The translations under genes were made by a program, and so were the position numbers. Positions 63,094 to 64,000 of a stretch of DNA of 64,000 bases are shown piece after piece. Position 1 is the first letter of the stretch. Every line of letters begins with the position of its first letter. Source of the stretch: an uncultured bacterium (GTDB taxonomy: Bacteria; Patescibacteriota; Patescibacteriia; Patescibacteriales; UBA12465); NCBI GenBank assembly GCA_903945435.1, contig CAJAVM010000001.1, positions 73,071 to 137,070 of the forward strand. The letters run 5' to 3'. The notes below the pieces were generated by a model. That model had not been told where the DNA came from and did no database searches. It saw only the letters and a list, made by a program, of their open reading frames with translations.

Positions 63094-64000
63094 TTATTTA
63101 ATATAAGCTAAAATTTTAGCTTTCAATTCATCGACTTTCGTTTGAGCTTCGGTTTTTGTTTTTGCCTCGGAATAAATACGGACAATCGGTTCAGTATTAG
63201 AAGCACGTAAATGAACCCAAGAATCTACCCAATCAATTTTTACACCATCAATATCGGTAATTTTTTCACTTTTATATTCTAACTTTATATTTTCTAAAAT
63301 TTGTTGGAGCGGAGCTTCGGGAGTTAATTCAATTTTATCTTTTACCATAAAATACTCTGGCAAAGTTTTTCTAAGTTCAGAAACTTTTTTTCCAGACTTA
63401 GCGAGCATCGTTAAAAATAAACTAATCCCAACTAACGCATCACGTCCATAATGTAGTTCAGGAAAAATTACACCACCATTTCCCTCACCACCAATAACTG
63501 CTTTTAACTCTTTCATTTTAGTAACAACGTTTACTTCGCCAACTGCCGCCGCTTCATAAACTCCACCGTGTTTTTCGATTATATCTTTTAAGGCACGCGA
63601 AGAAGAAAGATTAGAAACCGATGCTTTAGAATATTGTCCGGGATGTAAAGTATTTAATGTATCAAAATTTTCTAAAATATAATCAGCAATCGCGACTAAT
63701 GTATATTCTTCCCCAAACATTTCGCCATTTTCATCAATAAACGCCAGCCTATCAACATCAGGGTCAACTACTATGCCTAAATCAGCTTTTTCTTTTTTTA
63801 CAATTTCCATTATCTCAGTTAAGTTTTCAGCTAATGGTTCGGGCTTATGAGCGAACTTCCCGTCCAGTGAACAATTGAGCAATATTTCTTTAGTAAGCCC
63901 AAATGATTCTAAAAGATGAGGAACGGCTTTTCCTCCAATAGAGTTAATGCCATCGATAACAATTTTAAAATCTCTATTTTTTATTACTTCAACATCTATT
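63094..64000 (-). CDS. glmM: Alpha-D-phosphohexomutase family protein, likely phosphoglucosamine mutase; 5' end outside the window
   Basis: Domains II-IV are visible (GIVVDPDVDRL, GGEGNGG, RASNTEP). The frame stays open upstream of the listed TTG at 63882 to nt 64000 (...KIVIDGINSIGGKAVPHLLESFG...). Confidence 0.75.
   Translation of the reverse strand, partial: IDVEVIKNRDFKIVIDGINSIGGKAVPHLLESFGLTKEILLNCSLDGKFAHKPEPLAENLTEIMEIVKKEKADLGIVVDPDVDRLAFIDENGEMFGEEYTLVAIADYILENFDTLNTLHPGQYSKASVSNLSSSRALKDIIEKHGGVYEAAAVGEVNVVTKMKELKAVIGGEGNGGVIFPELHYGRDALVGISLFLTMLAKSGKKVSELRKTLPEYFMVKDKIELTPEAPLQQILENIKLEYKSEKITDIDGVKIDWVDSWVHLRASNTEPIVRIYSEAKTKTEAQTKVDELKAKILAYIK

Noticed and set aside
1-64000. 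Whole-genome use of genetic code 25 or 4 (UGA as Gly or Trp), as in some CPR lineages.
   Set aside because: All conserved genes (rpoB, rpoC, polA, pnp, infB, ftsK and others) are full length under the standard code. In-frame UGA sense codons are therefore absent from about 19,000 codons, whereas recoded lineages use UGA frequently inside genes. I kept only the weaker observation that UGA is unused.
1-64000. CRISPR arrays, rRNA genes, retron/DGR elements, toxin-antitoxin or restriction-modification modules.
   Set aside because: None was seen. There are no regularly spaced repeats, no reverse transcriptase, no Cas-like, methyltransferase/endonuclease or small paired toxin-antitoxin ORFs, and no rRNA-like GC-rich blocks. 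The scan was by eye and short degenerate repeats could have been missed.

Overview
AT-rich (about one-third G+C by eye, not computed), very gene-dense chromosomal segment. Its gene content and style look like a small-genome Patescibacteria/CPR-type bacterium; that lineage call is inference only. About 53 credible CDS and 8 tRNA genes are present. None of the tRNA genes encodes its CCA end. Most of the window is housekeeping: rnhA, recJ, lepA, murJ, rpoC-rpoB, a murE-like ligase, ftsK, ruvC, yebC, gpmA, ddl, polA, murD, murI, holA, rpsT, rpsO, pnp, rpsP, a KH protein, trmD, nrnA-like DHH, rbfA, infB, rny, hup, adk, recA, and a GlmU-N-like/phosphohexomutase pair. Accessory-looking content includes a GT2 plus GT-C/TPR glycosylation pair and an ADP-forming acetyl-CoA synthetase. 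It also includes an alpha-glucan cluster (GT5 synthase, GH57, APH-like kinase, pyruvyl transferase), an FkbH-like HAD/methyltransferase-like fusion, an EndoQ-like PHP protein and several orphan genes. I saw no rRNA, CRISPR array, transposase, integrase or phage gene. Items most worth a second look: (1) the 674-bp ddl-polA gap, which is GC-enriched, has a near-consensus promoter and a weaker terminator-like hairpin, and matches no RNA or protein I recognise. (2) The same locus holds a 528-nt reading frame interrupted only by two TGA codons, and none of the 53 CDS in the window uses TGA as a stop (50 TAA, 3 TAG). (3) A 10-mer, TTAACCAAAA, recurs just upstream of several start codons. (4) A structured leader precedes an insulated orphan membrane-protein gene. 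(5) The initiator-type tRNA has C33. Product calls rest on motif recognition in the supplied translations. RNA, promoter and terminator coordinates were indexed by hand. No database search or folding calculation was possible.
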